From NCBI GenBank assembly GCA_031835245.2, contig JAVKOQ020000118.1, forward strand, positions 1 to 64,000: a DNA stretch of 64,000 nucleotides. Reading direction: 5' to 3'. Source of the stretch: Balamuthia mandrillaris. Its lineage: Eukaryota. The stretch's first letter is position 1. Every line of letters begins with the position of its first letter. Shown in pieces: positions 1 to 12,247 of the stretch. A program made the translations under genes and the position numbers. A model generated the notes under the pieces. That model searched no databases and was not told where the DNA came from. It saw only the letters and a list, made by a program, of their open reading frames with translations.

Positions 1-80
1 TAACCCTAACCCTAACCCTGATCTGATCGAAATTTCCTTTAGCCCTAGACCTAACCTAGCTTTGCCCTAACCTTACCTAA
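1..80 (+). repeat. Telomeric repeat (CCCTAA)n, followed by degenerate variants
   Basis: Bases 1-19 read taaccctaaccctaaccct. Variants ccctag, cctaacctag and ccctaaccttacctaa follow to ~80. The C-rich strand on + indicates a left chromosome end. Confidence 0.85.
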
Positions 81-600
81 TGTTTTTCTTTTTTTTTTTT
101 TTTGTACGTCTCTCTTCTTTTCCATCTAGCCTTGTGGTGTTACTTTTTATTTATTGTTGATATATTACATATCTTCTTATTTATTGCAAGGCAGTTGAGC
201 CTTTTGGTCCTTGCTCACTGCACTTTCTCTTTAACCGTTAGTAAATACCTAGTAAATCTGAACAACAATGCTTTAGTTTGTTACTGAATATAATACGTAC
301 TTGAGTTTTATTTGCTTTGTTGTCCACTTGCTCATTCACTCACCTACTCACTCGCTCATTCGCTCAAAAGCTTTTTTATATAACTAATTCATTAGCAAAG
401 ACTTTGTCTTTTTCTACTTTCATCCATTCATTCCTACACAACTAACTTGTTTAAACTAAACATGAATACAAAGCAAACAAACCTTTCTTATTTTACTTTT
501 GTTGTCCTTGTTGTTCATGGTCGGTAATACTGTATATTCTTGTTTTTGAAATGATTGTTAATACTTAAAATCGAGAGAGCGTACTGCTAATATCAGAATG

Positions 601-726
601 ACGTTTGGACAATGCGGCATTAGTGCATAGCACTAAATTTGCAAAGCTCGGCATCGTGAAAGCCTCAGAACGTTTGGACAATGCGGCATTAGTGCATAGC
701 ACTAAATTTGCAAAGCTCGGCGTCGT
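601..726. repeat. 57-bp direct repeat, 2 copies, period 69
   Basis: acgtttggacaatgcggcattagtgcatagcactaaatttgcaaagctcggc(a/g)tcgt occurs at 601 and 670. It contains the hairpin ttagtgc-ata-gcactaa. Confidence 0.9.
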
Positions 727-1329
727 AACAACATCTGACCCACAGTACTATTGGTGTTTATAGACTTAGTATTGTTTTTAACTCTTTGTTATCCCAAATA
801 AAAATGTCATATACCTTCATTCCTGAGAAAAACGACCAAAGTCAGAATCATCACGAGAAGTAATGGATTTGCTTCGCAGTTATTTTGGTCGTACCGTTAT
901 CACAGCTCGCTCACTTGCTAGTTCACTCGCACTTGATAAAAAAAAAGTCCAACATAGTCTATAATATAAAATAATTGCCATCGCAGGTCTTTTAATTACT
1001 CCATCTATTCCATTTATCCATCCATACATGTATGCGTGTATCAAAAGATGACAAGTGTAAAGTTAGAGGATTCTTTGTTTGCATATCAAGAATGAGAGGG
1101 CCAAAAACAAATACAACCGCTGTTATTCATGTTGCTCTTGCTTCAAAGAAGTATTACTTTCCATCTATTCAATCTTCTTGGTCCGTTGACACTTTAAAAG
1201 CTCTTCCCGAAGAGTCCTTGGCCTTTGATAGTCCAAGTTTTATCTATTTTGCTTTGTTAACAAAGCCATTATTTAGAAGTGAGCAAAAATACAAGCAAGT
1301 AAGCAAGCAAGCAAGTCCTTATGAAACAA

Positions 1330-1942
1330 AACAATAACAACAACAACAACAACAACAACAACAAGTCAATGTAGAATAAGCATGTCAGTCAATAGCTGAC
1401 AGAGCCAACCAACGAGTGAGTGAGTGAGTGAATGAGCAAGTGGATGAATGATCAAGTAATTGCCTGTTCCCTGAAGATAAACAAACAAAGCAAAGAGTAT
1501 GTTAGTTAGTTAGTAAGATAACCAGTCAATTTGTCCGTCTATCCATCCATCCATCCGTCCGTCCGTCCGTCCGTCCGTCCGTCCATCCGTCCATCAATCC
1601 ATCTGCCTGCCCACCATCTAGCCCACTATCCATCTGCTCCATTTTTATCTCATGCAGAGGCTGTCAGTTAGTTAAGTAAATAGAACAGCTATATAATTCA
1701 AATAAATAAATAATAATAATAATAAATAAATAATAATAAATAATAATAAATAAATAAATAAATAAATAATAAATAATAAATAACAATAATAATAACAATT
1801 AATGTCAATAATAACAATAAATTTGTTATAAATAAATAATAAGAATAACAATAACAATAATATTAATAACAATAACAAATAAATAACAACAACAACAATA
1901 ACAATAACAAATAAATAACAACAACAAATAACAACAACAAAT

Positions 1943-2025
<83 letters not shown>

Positions 2026-2260
2026 ATAAAAGAGGTGATTCCTTTGAAAATACAGTGCTGAGCAAGCCAATGCTTCTACTCGGGTTTAGTAGGTCAAAAA
2101 AGAGCTCAGCCATAACGAAAAAGGCAAGTAAATGAATGAGTGAGTAAGTGCATGCAATGAGTGAATAGAACGACAATAACAAAGAGAGTTTAAAAGAAAA
2201 GAAAAGAAAAGAAAAGAAAAGAAAAGAAAAGAAAAGAAAAGAAAAGAAAAGAAAAGAAGT
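1330..2260. repeat. Subtelomeric microsatellite cluster: (AAC)n, (CCGT/CCAT)n, (AAAT/AAT)n, (GAAAA)n
   Basis: The simple repeats are directly visible. Confidence 0.9.
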
Positions 2261-2305
2261 ATACCAAAAAAACAAGCAAAGCAAAAAAGAAAGATGAACA
2301 GGCTA

Positions 2306-3962
2306 ACAAGGCCGTGAAGAGCAGTGAGTACAGTCACAAAGGAAAACAAAGATCATGGAGAGCAGTGCGGCCAGTCACAAAGGAGAAGAAAGAAAGGTCG
2401 TGAAGAGCAGCACGGCCTCTAAGAAGAAAGGTCATGAAGGAAAAACCAAGGCCGTGAAGAGCAGTGAGTGCAGTCACAAAGGAAAACAAAGATCATGGAG
2501 AGCAGTGCGGCCAGTCACAAAGAAGAAGAAAGGTTGTGAAAAGCAGCATGGCCTCAAAGAAGAAAGGTCCTGAAGGAAAAACCAAGGCCGTGGAGAGCAG
2601 TAAGTGCAGTCACAAAGGAAAACAAAGGTCATGGAGAGCAGTACAGTCAGTCACAAAGGAGAAGAAAGGTCGTGAAGAGCAGCACGGCCTCAAAGAAGAA
2701 GAAAGGCCATCTATGAAAGAGAAGAAAAGCACAAAGGAGAAGAAAGGCTGTGAAGAGCAGTACAGCCACGAAGGAAAAGAAAGGCCGTGAAGAGCAGTGA
2801 GTGCAGCAGCCAGCCAGCCGCAAAGGAGAAGAAAGACAGCAAAGAGCAGCCAGTGTGGCCTCAAAGAAGGAGAAAAGCCAGCCAGCAAAGAGGGAAAACG
2901 GCTGTAACGAGCAGTGAGTGCAGTCATAAAGGAGAAGAAAGGCCATGAAAAGCAGCGTGACCTCAAAGAAGAAGAAAGGCCGTGAAGGGCCGTGCGGGCA
3001 CAACGGAGAAGGCCATGAAGAAAAAGAACAGCCAGCGCAACCAAAGAAGAAGAACGGCCATGAAGAGCAAAGCGGTCAGTCGGTCGGTCAGTCAGTCGGT
3101 CGGTCGGTCAGTCAGTCGGTCGGTCGGTCGGTCGGTCGTTCGGTCGGCCAGTCGGTCGGTCGGTCGGTCGGTCGGTCGGTCGGTCGGTCGGTCGGTCGGT
3201 CGGTCGGTCGGTCGCAAAGAAGAAGAAAGGCCGTGAAGGGCAGAGCAATTGCATGCAAAGAAGAAGAAAGGCCGTGATGGAGAAGAAAAGCCACGGAGAG
3301 CAGTGCAATTGCATGCAAAGGAGAAGAAAGGCTGTGAAAAAGAAGAAAGGCCATGGCCATGAAGAACAGTGTCATTACAAAGGGGAAGAAAGGTTGTGAA
3401 GAGCAGCAGTGCAGCCTCCGAGGAGAAGAAAGGCTGTGACGAGCAGTACAGCCACAAAGGGAGAAAAAGGCCGCGAAGAGCAGTGTGGCTGGCTGCGAAG
3501 AAGAAGAGAAGAGCAGTGCGGGGGCCTCAAAGGAGGGGAAAAGTCATGAAGGGAAAGAAAGGCTGTGAAGAACAGTGCAGTCCTAAAGGAGAAGAAAGGT
3601 GATGAAGAGGAAAAAGGCCGTGAAGAGCAGCGCAGCTTCCAAAAAGATGAAGAAAGGCTGTGAAGGGCTGTGCGGGATGGAGAAGGTCATGAAGAAAAAG
3701 AAAAGCCATTAAGAACAGTGCAACCACAAAGAAGAAGAAAGGCCATGAAGGGCAGAGTGGTTGGTCGGTTAGTCGGTCGGTTGGTCGGTCGGTCGGTCGG
3801 TTGGTCGGTCGCCAAGAAAAAGAAAGGCCGTGACGGCGGGGCCGAAAAGCCACAGAGAGCAGTTTGACCACAACAGAGAAGAAAGGCCATGAAGAACAGT
3901 GTGGCTACAAAGAGGAAGAAAGGTGTGACGTGTGGGTCATGAAGAGGGAGGAAGGCCGTGAA
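2306..3962. repeat. Degenerate tandem array (three ~137-bp units, then ~40-bp subunits) with embedded (GTCG)n tracts
   Basis: Units start a(a/c)caaggccgtg at ~2306, 2445 and 2581. The core gaagaaaggccgtgaagagcag recurs to ~3960. (gtcg)n tracts lie at 3075-3214 and 3760-3811. Confidence 0.8.
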
Positions 3963-4071
3963 GGGTGAGTCCTCGTGCGATCCGTGCCACTTTTATCTTT
4001 CTTTTTTTTTTTTCGGCCTGCTGATTAATTTGTTTTCCCTTCCCTGTTACCCCCCTTCCCCCTTCCCCCTT

Positions 4072-4114
<43 letters not shown>

Positions 4115-4148
4115 GCCCGGTCGAAAACGGACCCGGAGAAAAAAGAAA

Positions 4149-4464
4149 ATGAAACGTAACAGAGGGGAACTGAAGGAACACTACCAAACGCTAGAGCGAC
4201 AGCTACGATGCCAGCAACAGCAGCAGCAGCAACAGCAGCAACAAGAGAAGGCAGAAAACAAGCGACTGAAGCGCGTACGGCTTCGACAAGCGAAAATGAA
4301 ACGCAGGCACGTCTTTTTAACAGTATTATTGTTGTTATGTTGTTGTTGTTGTTGTTGTTCTTCTTCTTCTTGTTCTTCTTGTTCTTGTTCTTGTTCTTGT
4401 TCTTGTTCTTCTTCTTCTTCTTCTTCTTCTTCTTCTTCTTCTTCTTCTTCTTCTTCTTCTTCTT

Positions 4465-4495
<31 letters not shown>

Positions 4496-5911
4496 TTGGT
4501 TACCATAGGTTGTTTGGTTAACTTTAGGTTTGCTTTCCGCTTTTTGCTCCTCCTTTGTTCATATTGGTGGCATTGTTCTATGCAACTTGACCGACTGTTG
4601 AATTGCAAACGTAGACGAGCAGGGATTCACCTCTCACCTCCATTACCAAAGATAAAGCTACCATTACTTAGTAGCGAGGAAAAGTTACAAGTCCTGTGGT
4701 CAGCACCTCTGACTTTGGAAGAAAGCCAACAATCTGGCCCCTTTTCTTCTTATCGCTTGCTGTCCGCAAAAGACCTGCTGGACTCTTTCCAGTTTGAGGC
4801 CGAAGCTAGTACCCACAGCTTAAAACGACTTTTTCCCTGCAGCAGCAGCGGTGGCAGCAGCGGCGGCGACAAAAACAAGATGAACTCAAAGGCAGCTTAC
4901 AAGTAATTTCTCTTTCTTCTTCTTTATGTTTGTTCTACTCAATGTGTTTTCTTTTTTTCCGTTCTCCTGGTTTGTTCATTGTTTTTTTTCTTTCTTTCTA
5001 TCTCTTCTTTTTCTTTTTCTTTTTCTTTTTCTTTTTTTTTTTTTTACTTTGCTTGCTCTCTTGCTCGCTCGCTCACTCGCTCGCTCACGTTTTTGATAAA
5101 CAGGTTAGCTTATATTTATGTTCCAGTGGATAAGCAACTTAAAGAATGGAAAGAAAGGCATTGTCTCTCCAACCAAGACCTTCACTTGATTATGACCTCT
5201 AGCGGTGGGAACTTGGGCAAAAGAAACAACATTGCCAGTGCAGGGAAGGCAGCTGGCGTGGGAAAGCGACCAGGCACGGACAAAGGATACTTTGGGCTGT
5301 CATATACCCTTGCTCCACGTGGTCCAATTTTTCAGGAATGGCTTTCAAAATGGTGGACGCAGCAACCCTTGCAGTTGAGAACTAGAAGAGAGGAACAAGA
5401 AGAAATGGAGAAAAAGGAAAAGGAAAGTGCAACCACAAAAATGATAACAACAAAGAAGACCATGGAAGAGAAAGAGGAGGAGGAAGAGGAAGCGGACGAG
5501 GACGAGGACGAGGACGAGGAAGAGGAAAAGGAAGAGAACAAGGAAGAAGAAGAGGAAGAGGAAGAGGATAAGGAAGAGGAAAAGGAAAAGGAAGAGGAAG
5601 AGTCAGAAGAAAAACAAAAAGAAAAGAAAAGAAGCACTAGACCTCACTATCACCACAAGGATTTTCCCTACAAGGAACTAAGGAACTTGGAAACTCTCCG
5701 CCCAGATCTCTACGCTTCTTTCGAGTCGTTGGCTTGCATTTTGGCCGCAATAATGCAACAGCACTGCCAAAGGGCTTCAAAGTATCGAAAGAAAACCCTG
5801 AAGAGGCTTTTTTCAACAACTGTAGGAGCATCAATGTCATCTTCATCTCCATTATCATTCTCTTCCTTTTCCTTCTTCCCCTCCTCTTCCTCTTCGTTGT
5901 CATCATCCTCG

Positions 5912-5965
<54 letters not shown>

Positions 5966-6631
5966 GCAGCACTGAAGGAAGGGATAAAGACATCAATAAA
6001 GTGGAAACGCTACCTAGAGGCCGTGGCCATCAGGATGGCCCACAGAGGTACTCTTCTAGGCCAAGGCTTTGCCACAAACCTTATTTTTAGTTGGAATTTT
6101 AGTTCAGCGCCACATGTGGATCCGCAAGATGATGCTAAGGGATTGGCCATTGTGGTTTGGTGGCGCGGTTGGGACCAAAGCAACCGCTGCCCCTACGGCA
6201 GTGATGATGGAAAGCATCGTGCAGCAGGAGAGGTATGGGCCTTTTTTTTCCCTCAATTCTATCGTGCAGTGCGCCTGCATGACCTGGCAACTATTATCTT
6301 CAATTCGGCTGAAGTGTGGCATGGTTCGATCTTTCAAAGAGCTCCGCATTGCACATGTTCAGTTTATGGCTCAATCTCCGCCTTGAACAAACGATTTTTG
6401 AGTGCAATGCACAAGAAAAAGAGCAATGATGACAGCCAGCAACAACAACAACTACCTCCATCACAACTACAACCACAACCACAACCACAACAGCAACAAC
6501 AAAAACAACCCCAACAACAACAACTCTCATCACCACTACTGCCACCACCACTATTGCAAGACTTAACACGATCCTTGTTTGAAATGGCCTCGTACTTTAG
6601 TGCCCCACGAACGACTACAACGACAAAATAA
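4149..6631 (+). CDS. Spliced TET/JBP-like 2OG-Fe(II) dioxygenase
   Basis: Likely 3 exons (~4149-4307, ~4528-4902, ~5104/5128-6631). The last exon has GKAAGVGKR..GYFG, then FATNLIFSWNFSSAP-HVD (6113-6121), WAFFFPQF, and IIFNSAEVW-H-GS (His 6320-6322). This is the HxD...H facial triad with spacing typical of Tet-like DSBH enzymes. Confidence 0.7.
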
Positions 6632-6662
6632 CAGTCAGCAGCAAGCAGATTAGAACAATTGT

Positions 6663-6984
<322 letters not shown>

Positions 6985-6989
6985 GATAT

Positions 6990-9900
6990 TTACAACACTA
7001 ATAAAGGATCCACAAAGTCATCTTCAGCTGTCCTTGAAATAATAACAACATCATCATTAGAATCTTCATCTTCATCTTCCTCTTCAACAACAGCACACTC
7101 CTTCTGTGTGGTCTTTCTTTGAACAGCTGCTCTTTTGCTCTGTTGTCCTTGTCGAAGTCGTCGTCGTCGTTGTTGTGATGATGAGTGTTTATTCCTCCTT
7201 CTTCTCGATTTTAGGGTTGTGGTCCTGCTTTGGTCGTTAGTTTGTCTGGTGGTGGTGGTTGATTGTTGTAGGCCATCCTTTTCCTCGTTTCCCACCCTCG
7301 TGACAGCAACCACAGCACTTCCTCCGCCACCATCCTCACCACAGGTTGAAGAAGTAACAGCCGCAGCCCCAGTCTTTCTTCGTTTTGCTTTGCGAAAACC
7401 AGTGTCGATCTGGTCGTTACCCTCTTGGCTGAAATCTAGAATGCCGATGCAAGGACCGCGAAGACGTTGTTTCGGTTCCATCATCAGCAGATTGTGTAGG
7501 TCCTGGCAATTGTTGCAGTTGTTGTTGTTGTTGTTGTTGTTGTTGTCATTGTTGTAGTGGTGATGATGATAAGGATCCTCCTCTTGTGCCTCTTCGTTGT
7601 TGCTCTCATGGTCGTTGGTGTCGTGGGTAAGAAGGTGACGATGATGGCGAGTAGCACGCCGCTTGTTGTGGGAGTTGGGCATCGAGTGTTGGCCGAGGCG
7701 AGCGAGCTCCTTTGGTAACTGCACCTGCTCCCATTCCACATCATCAACAGTGGTCCTGAGAGGGCGAGCATAGCCCGAAATCTCGAGGTCCCTTTGAAGT
7801 CCTGGGTAATCCCCTTTTGTCATCCCCATGGAGGCCTTCGTGGAACGAGACACTTCTTCATCGTCGTCATCGCCTTCGTTGCTGTCGCTGCTGCTGCTGT
7901 CCTCCTCAGGACTGCTGAAGGCTGCTGAGGAACCGCCACCGCCACTCCCACCGCCACCACCACCGTCGCCACCACCACCACTACCACAACAACGGATAAA
8001 CCAAGCATTTGTTTGGTCTAAAACGGACCTCACTCCTTGTTGCAAAAGCTCATCCACCAGCTGCTGTTGGGTTCTCCATGTTTCCTCAAACGTACTGTAG
8101 CGATTGTAGTTTTCGCGCATAACCATCTCTTGCACGTTCAACAAATCGGCCAGGGCACTCAACCATTTGGAGAATTCCTCGGTGTCCAGGCTACCTTTCT
8201 TGCGGAAAACATCGGTCAAGGTCATCCTTCGGTATTGAATTGGCGTGAGTCCAGCCACATAAGGATTGAAGTCTTGGCCCATCTGACGAACCTCTTGGCT
8301 GAACTGCTTGTACTCCATCGCTTGGCCCTTCCTGTTGATCCACAAAGCCCAAGGATTGAATGGATGTTCCTTGCGACTTTGTTGTCCGGAGGTGGCGCAG
8401 CAATGGTTGTTGCTGTTGTTGTGGTTGTTGCGGCGGTTGCCATGGGTCAGGTTGCGTAGCATCGTCGTGTCACCCTCAGCATGGTTGCTGTCCTCCTCCT
8501 CCTCCTCCTCCTCCTCCTCCTCCTCTTTCACAATCTTCTAGGCAGTGGTCCTCATCCGACATGGTATTCTCTTTATCTTCATCATCATCATCATTGTTGT
8601 CATGAGTGTCGTCGTTGTGTTTGTTGTAGTTATTGCCGTTATCTTCGACATCAGTATTGCCGTTGACAGTTGTTGTTAAGGGACGGTGATGATGAGGAGA
8701 ATGCAAGTGGCTGCTATCGAGTAACGAAGGACGAACCGTACTCAAAAAGTAATCCAACAAAGGTATAAAGCAGGATGGCAAAGGAATCTTATTTGTTTTG
8801 GTTCGAGTTTTTTTCTCTCGAGTGGAGATGATGTAAAGTATCACCTCTTCGTGGCGCTTGTGTGATGAAGCAGCACTAGCCTCAGCTTCAGTAGATAGGG
8901 AAGAGGATGCAGAAGAAGAAGAAGAAGAAGAAGAAGAAGAAGAAGAAGAAGAAGAAGAACAAGAAGAAGAAGCCGAAGATGATGATGATGATGATGACGA
9001 TGTTGAAGGCGAACCCACTTTTAAACGATCGAGTCGTAAACCAGCCACTACTTGTCGTCTCAAACCACCGCAAAAATTCATAAGCAATGTCATCAAACAA
9101 CGTTGAAAAAGCCTTGCTTCCTGTCGTTGAAACAGTAGTTTTTTGGTTTGTAGCCGTTGTCGTTTCTTTCGACGACGTTGCTGTCGCTGTTATAATTAAC
9201 AGAGCCACCATGAAGAAAAAGCAAAGTAAGAAAAGTAAGAAAAGTAGGACTCACTCACCACAAAAACAAACAAACGAAACAAACAAACAAATTATTGCCC
9301 TCCCTAAGCAATGTTTCCTCACCCTAATAAGACGGACAAACAGATAAAACAATAAAAATGGAATCTATCCATCTGTTCATTCTAACCAGCCAGCCAGCCA
9401 GCCAGCCAGATTACCAACCTTTCTTTTAATAGCCTTGCAGGTTAGAGCATGCATCTTGTTCAACATCCAGATGGCAAACACAGCCCTTTCTTCCGCAGTG
9501 ATAAACTTGCCGTTGTTGATCATATCCTTTTCATGGAAAATTTCACTTTGATAGCTGTGGTTTTCGTGCATAGCTTGATTTGCTACTTCTCGAATTAACT
9601 AACCACCAACCTTACATCAGTTATAGAAAGAAACGACAAGAAAGAAAGAAAGAAAGAAAGAAGAAAGAAACAACAACAAGAAATGACAAGAAAGAAACAA
9701 CTACAAAGAAAGAAAGAAAGAAACGACTAGAAAGAAATGACAAGAGAGAAAGAAAGAGACCAAAAGGAAATAGCTACATACGAGACGACAAAATACGATT
9801 TGCCGAACATAACCACGAAATTCAGGTTGGAATGACATCCACCACAGCACTCGTGCCAATATAGCCGCTTTGTTTCGTCGCGTCTTTGCCTGTCCCCAAC

Positions 9901-11899
9901 AGCAGTTTGCAAACTTAACCCAGATACGAACTCGCACACAATCATACAACATGCTAATATGTGGTTTCCATTCGCCACCGCTGCTGCCACCACCGTTGTT
10001 CCATTTTTGGTTGGTTGGTTGGTTGGTTGGTTGGTTGGTTGGTTGGTTGGTTGGTTGGTTGGTTGGTTGGTTGGTTGGTTGGTTGGTTGGTTGGTTGTAT
10101 TGAGATGTAGAGTTGATTGGTTAGTTCATTGGTGAGGTAACGAACAAATGAATAACGCTAATGATGCAAGAGTTGGTTGGTCCTCCAAGGCACTTACCTT
10201 TGTTTGCCACTGCAGCCATAAGTTACTTCGCATTCATAAATCAAACGATAAAACTGGGCCAATACGCTTTTGATATCGCTAGCTGTTTGGTCGCAACTGC
10301 CAAAAGTAACACTTTTTCTTTTTTCTTGGCTTTGTGTTTGAAGGATCCTTCGGGTTTCTGTATCCACACGGTTCTTTTTCAGAGCCGCTTCTTGCTTCAC
10401 GTAGCATGCTAGATATGGAACAAATGGAGCCACTTCCTTATTGAAATTCAGTCCCTTTGTGAGAAGAACAACAACAATAACAACAATCAATCACAGTTAG
10501 CTGAGAGTAACCAACCAACCAACCAACCAACCAACCAACCAACCAACCAACCAACCAACCAAGAAATGGTGAACAAAGAGGCGATGGAAAACAAAATAGG
10601 CCTTACCAAGAAACGGTTGTTGCGGTCTGTTCCTTTTTCTATCAAAGCCATAAGTAGCTGTTCCTTCTTTTTACTAGTGTAGATGGTAGAGAGTTTTGTA
10701 CTATCATCATCTTGAATTTCTTGTTGTTGTTGTTGTTGTTCTGCTTCTTCTGCTTCTTCTTCTTCTTCTTCTTCTTCTTCTTCTTCTTCTTCTTCTTCTT
10801 CTTCTTCTTCTTCTTCTTCTGTTTCTTCTTCTTCTTCTGTTGCTTCTTTATGTACGTCTTCTTTGTTTTGTGCTTTTTCATCTACTTCTTCTGCTTCTGT
10901 TGTTGCTTCATCGTTTTCTTCATCTTTCCGTTTTCTTACTTCCAATTCCTTGCTGCTGCTGCTGCTGCTGCACTTCCACATGTTGTTCTCAGCAGCGCGA
11001 GCATTCTTTCTGGCATCATCCTCAATTTCTGAAGAAGCATTCGAAGACTTCAACAAGAATAGATCATCCTCCTCTTCTTCAAGAATGTCCGTCACCTCAT
11101 CATGGTTTACTGCTGCTGTTGCTTGTTCTGCTGCTGTTGCTGAGAGAAAAGAAGAGGAGGGAAAAGAAGAAAAGAGGAAGGATGATAATGGTGATGCAGT
11201 GAATGTTTCCATGGTCTCCATCGACATTATCGATGGATCAACCGCACCACTTGAGGCCACAGTCAAGGGAGTTACTGTTTGTGTTGTTGTTGTTGTTGAA
11301 GAGAAAGAAGGTTCCAAGTAGTCGCCAAGGAACTGGTGCATTGAAGATGATGCGTATGAGGAAAAGGGATGTTGTTGTTGTTGTCGTTGGAGCTGCACCT
11401 GTTGTAGTTGTTTGGGTTATTGTATGTTAGTATGAACAATAAAAGCAGCACTTATACAGAGTGTTTTGATGGATGGATGGATGGATGGATATGGATGGAT
11501 GGATGGATGGATATGGATGAATGGATGGATGGAGGGAGTGAGTGAGTGAGTAAGGGAAGAGAAAGAAAGGCAAGGTAGGCTACTCGCAATCAAAGTTCTT
11601 GTGCTTACCTGTGAGTTGTCCTCAAAGGCCATTTTCACCTCATTTTCACCAACTGCAGGGCTTGTAGTTGTCGTTGTTTGAGTTCGTTGTTGTTTTCGTT
11701 GCTTACGACGTAGTCTTCTTGCCTTTCTTCTCTGAAGTCGGTTGTGATAACGACAACAACGAACAACTGTTTGCTCTTTGTCCATCACACAGCAACACTT
11801 TCCATTGTTGTTGTTGTTGTTGTTGTTGCTGTTATGATCCCTGTAGAACTGTTCTTCTTCTTTTTCCATTTCTGCTCGCTTCTTTACTTGCCCTTGCAC
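6990..11899 (-). CDS. Spliced tyrosine recombinase (lambda-integrase fold) with long low-complexity extensions and one apparent frameshift near 8527
   Basis: Catalytic motifs occur in order: [14 protein letters not shown] (R 9058-9060), [44 protein letters not shown] (~8226-8246), [15 protein letters not shown] (Tyr 8106-8108). GT donors lie at ~11608, 10607 and 10197, with AG acceptors at ~11399, 10455 and 9188. The start codon is uncertain (ATG 11869 is possible). Confidence 0.72.
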
Positions 11900-12247
11900 T
11901 TACTCACTTGCAGGCTTGCTTTCTTTTCTTTCTTTTCTTTCTTTTTTGTGTCTTCCATCCCATCTTCGTCACCTGTTCGCTCTTCTCTTCACCCATCAAT
12001 TTTCTTCTATTTTCACCAATGTTTTTTTTTTCATTAATTATTTCTATTAAATCTATCTTCTCATTGGATGGCTTTTGGTGATGGTTGTTTTTTGGTCTTT
12101 GTTTCCGTTTTGTTGTAGTTTTTTTTGAGCTACGTACGTACGACAAAAAAAAACAGTTTTGCTGTTCGCTGCAATAGTAAGAACAACACAGCACAGCAAA
12201 GGCAAACAAAAGTAGTGAGAACGAACTTGTTTGCTTGCTTCTTGGCT

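Noticed and set aside
1672..3890. Poly-L/V, SVGR and PTDR ORFs
   Set aside because: These are translations of microsatellites and the degenerate array.
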